DNA of 64,000 nucleotides from Octopus sinensis (lineage: Eukaryota), in the NCBI RefSeq assembly GCF_006345805.1, contig NC_043001.1:19964001-20028000 (forward strand). Reading direction: 5' to 3'. Shown piece after piece: positions 61,505 through 64,000 of this stretch (positions within the stretch are counted from its first letter, which is position 1; each line of letters begins with the position of its first letter). The position numbers and the translations under genes are program-made. Under the pieces are notes generated by a model that had not been told where the DNA came from, did no database searches, and was given only the letters and a program-made list of their open reading frames with translations.

Positions 61505-64000
61505 CATACATACATGCACACACACACACAGTGGAGCGTATACTTTAAACTTCCTTTTAATGAGGGGGGTAAAAATGTCAAAAATGCTAGCACACACATA
61601 TGTATAATATATCTATCATTTTATATCAGCAAACTAAATTAATTTCCTTTCTCTCTGACCGGTATTTCTTGTATAAAGTTTCTCTTCATGATGTCACACT
61701 ACTTTGGTACCCAGTAGCCACCACAAGTGATAGTCTGAGAATATTTTTCTCCTCTCATTCTTCGGGCGTGTTCTCTCTTAACGGCTTTCCTGTAGCTATA
61801 TTTTTAGTTGCCGCCAGCTATATGACCGCATTCTCTTACATTAAAAATCCTGTTACTTGCTTAATGGAGTTTCTTTCTATCACCGAAAAGTCACGAATTA
61901 TTTTCACACAGTTCCACTTTTTTTTCATTTGGTTTTCACCGACGGATTTTGATAATTAAAACATTTAATTGTAGAGTTCTTTCAAAGACTTGTTTGGTAA
62001 ACACCATGAAATTGAATTGGTTTATGTCTCACAGTCGAGGGACTTATATTTTCCTTTTACCGATTATTTTCTGTACTGAAGGAAAAAAAAAATAATAAAT
62101 TAACAAAACAAGAGTTTACATGACTCATCTGGTTGACACCTTTCTCTTAAGTTGACATAGTTAACAACATTGATAAGTTTATTGTGCAACAGAGTACATC
62201 ATTTGTCACGGTTCATTTATAATAACCAAAGTGCTTCTCATTTAGTATTATGGCGATGACACAAGGAATTGTATCAGTTTTTATGTCAGTTTTGAAATTT
62301 AATAATCCAAGTATTCATAATTATATCTTTAAAATATGTAATGAAAAGCCTTACTTTTGACTCGAAATGTTTATTTTTAAACATTGTGTAATGAATTTAT
62401 AAACTTTGACGTTATTACTAAAATGAAAGAACTGTTTCTTTGAAGACTTAGTTCTTAGGGTTCCATTATTGCCATATGTTGGTCTACAGAGCAGAGTACC
62501 CCGTTCTTGCTTTTATGCTGGAATGTTATTCGTGGTATTGGTATTATATCCTATAATATAGCCATAATTTGACAGAAGTGAAATATTTTACTTGGAAATC
62601 GGTTTGTAAATTAATATTCCATTCGAATTATGAAGAGAACTATTTTTGTGTGTGTGCTTTCATAATTATAAATATATACGATTTTATAAATGCAATATCC
62701 TGATGTCGTCAAACAAATATCTTATTCAATGTAAATTAGAAAAATATAAGAAACATCAGATTTAAAATGCTAGAAATGTTTATAATTAGATTTTATTTCA
62801 CTTCATAAAATAATATAGAGATGTTTTTAATTTTAAAAATCATTGGATGTGAATAGATTTCCATTTCTTTCTTGACCAAATTATGTCATTTCTATAGTAC
62901 ATAAAACTAAGTTTGTAACTCAACAGCTGATTCCATCTTGGGCTGATGCCCTTTCTTTGGACTTGTTTAGACTAGAAACTCCTTGAGAAATAAAAACATG
63001 GGAAAAGAAAATTAGACTAAATAATCTCTTTTTTTAGTAAACCTTTTCTATTTATGATTGAATAAATCTGTAATAATAGCTGTACAGGCAATGGGTGAGA
63101 GTCACAATATTTCACCAATTGTGCATTTCAAGTGTTTCAGCCAAAGTACTTTTCTTGGGCAGTTTATTTTGTTGCTAAAATACAGCTGAGAGTATAACTC
63201 ACCTGAATCCCTAATTCAGAGTTTCCTTTTTTTCTCTCAGCAGTGATCAGTGTAGCATATTTCTGTTGTATTATTTGGACTATTTCCATGATTTTTTAAC
63301 TGTTTATTTTTAGGACTTCATCAACAACTCCATGAATGATTCTTTTTGAGTAATACACATTTTATATTTAGCCTTTGAAAATTAGGTTTCCACAAATATA
63401 TATATATATATATATAGTTCTGTGCATGCTGTGTCTATTATATTATTTTGCTCTTATGATATTAAGATGTTGGCATAACTTAGGCCTTTAATGCTGCATC
63501 TCTCTATAAATCTTGAGCTTAGCTTGTCTGTGAGACCAAATCTTCTTAGGCTGTTTTAACTATTTCCTAAGTCTTTCTTGGTATAGCTATGAAGCTTGGT
63601 TTTCCCACCAATTTTTCATTTAGCATGCATTATCCATTTTCATACTGATTTCTGTTGGTGACCTCACTTTTGTCAGATTTTCTGTACTGGCATGTAGTTG
63701 ACTGGAGTAAAAACATGTGAACACTAGGTTTGTTGTTGTCAGGTTTCACCTCATCACTTTCTCTTGTGTTTTAAAGTTATTTCTCCTGTGTCTGTCATCT
63801 GCCCTCCATTCATTTACATTCTTAAGAAGCAGTTATTCTTCCTTCCTTATGTATACTGAAGTAGTTGTCGTTTGTAAACTTATTGGTAAATACACTATCA
63901 CTTTTTCAACTTATGTCTGTTTTCGCAACATGCCACATTCCAGTGAACCTTACTCCATCGGCTGCAGAGCCTCTGCTTTATACTCTATGTAATATACTCC

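Noticed and set aside
61600-61959. 119-aa ORF in non-repeat sequence
   Set aside because: No recognisable motif or splice structure, and the opposite-strand frames contain stops.
63668-63702. Minus-strand 35-nt exon candidate (VNYMPSTENLTK)
   Set aside because: Splice signals are plausible, but it is too short and has no partner exon or recognisable motif.

Overview
This is AT-rich eukaryotic DNA that is almost entirely repeat-derived, intronic or intergenic. The repeat families and the mollusc-type 5S sequence suggest a coleoid cephalopod, most likely Octopus (my recognition, not a database result). No host gene can be named; only a few candidate + strand exons are visible. The window holds dozens of SINE copies from several families, called A-G here as my own labels. 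It also holds a frameshifted Penelope-like element (PLE; RT + GIY-YIG, 16021-18715), decayed RTE and R4-like LINE fragments, a mariner transposase fragment, piggyBac-type and other MITEs, a Helentron-type non-autonomous element and many microsatellites. The most notable signal is a set of short fold-back insertions that appear derived from PLE termini. One carries an intact minimal hammerhead ribozyme (7318-7361). Two otherwise diverged ones end in a homologous 24-codon ORF start and are flanked by 12-14 bp target duplications. Also notable are repeated large palindromes, several centred on (TA)n, and a full-length 5S rRNA fused to a LINE-type 3' tail. Most SINE boundaries are approximate (about +/-10 nt).
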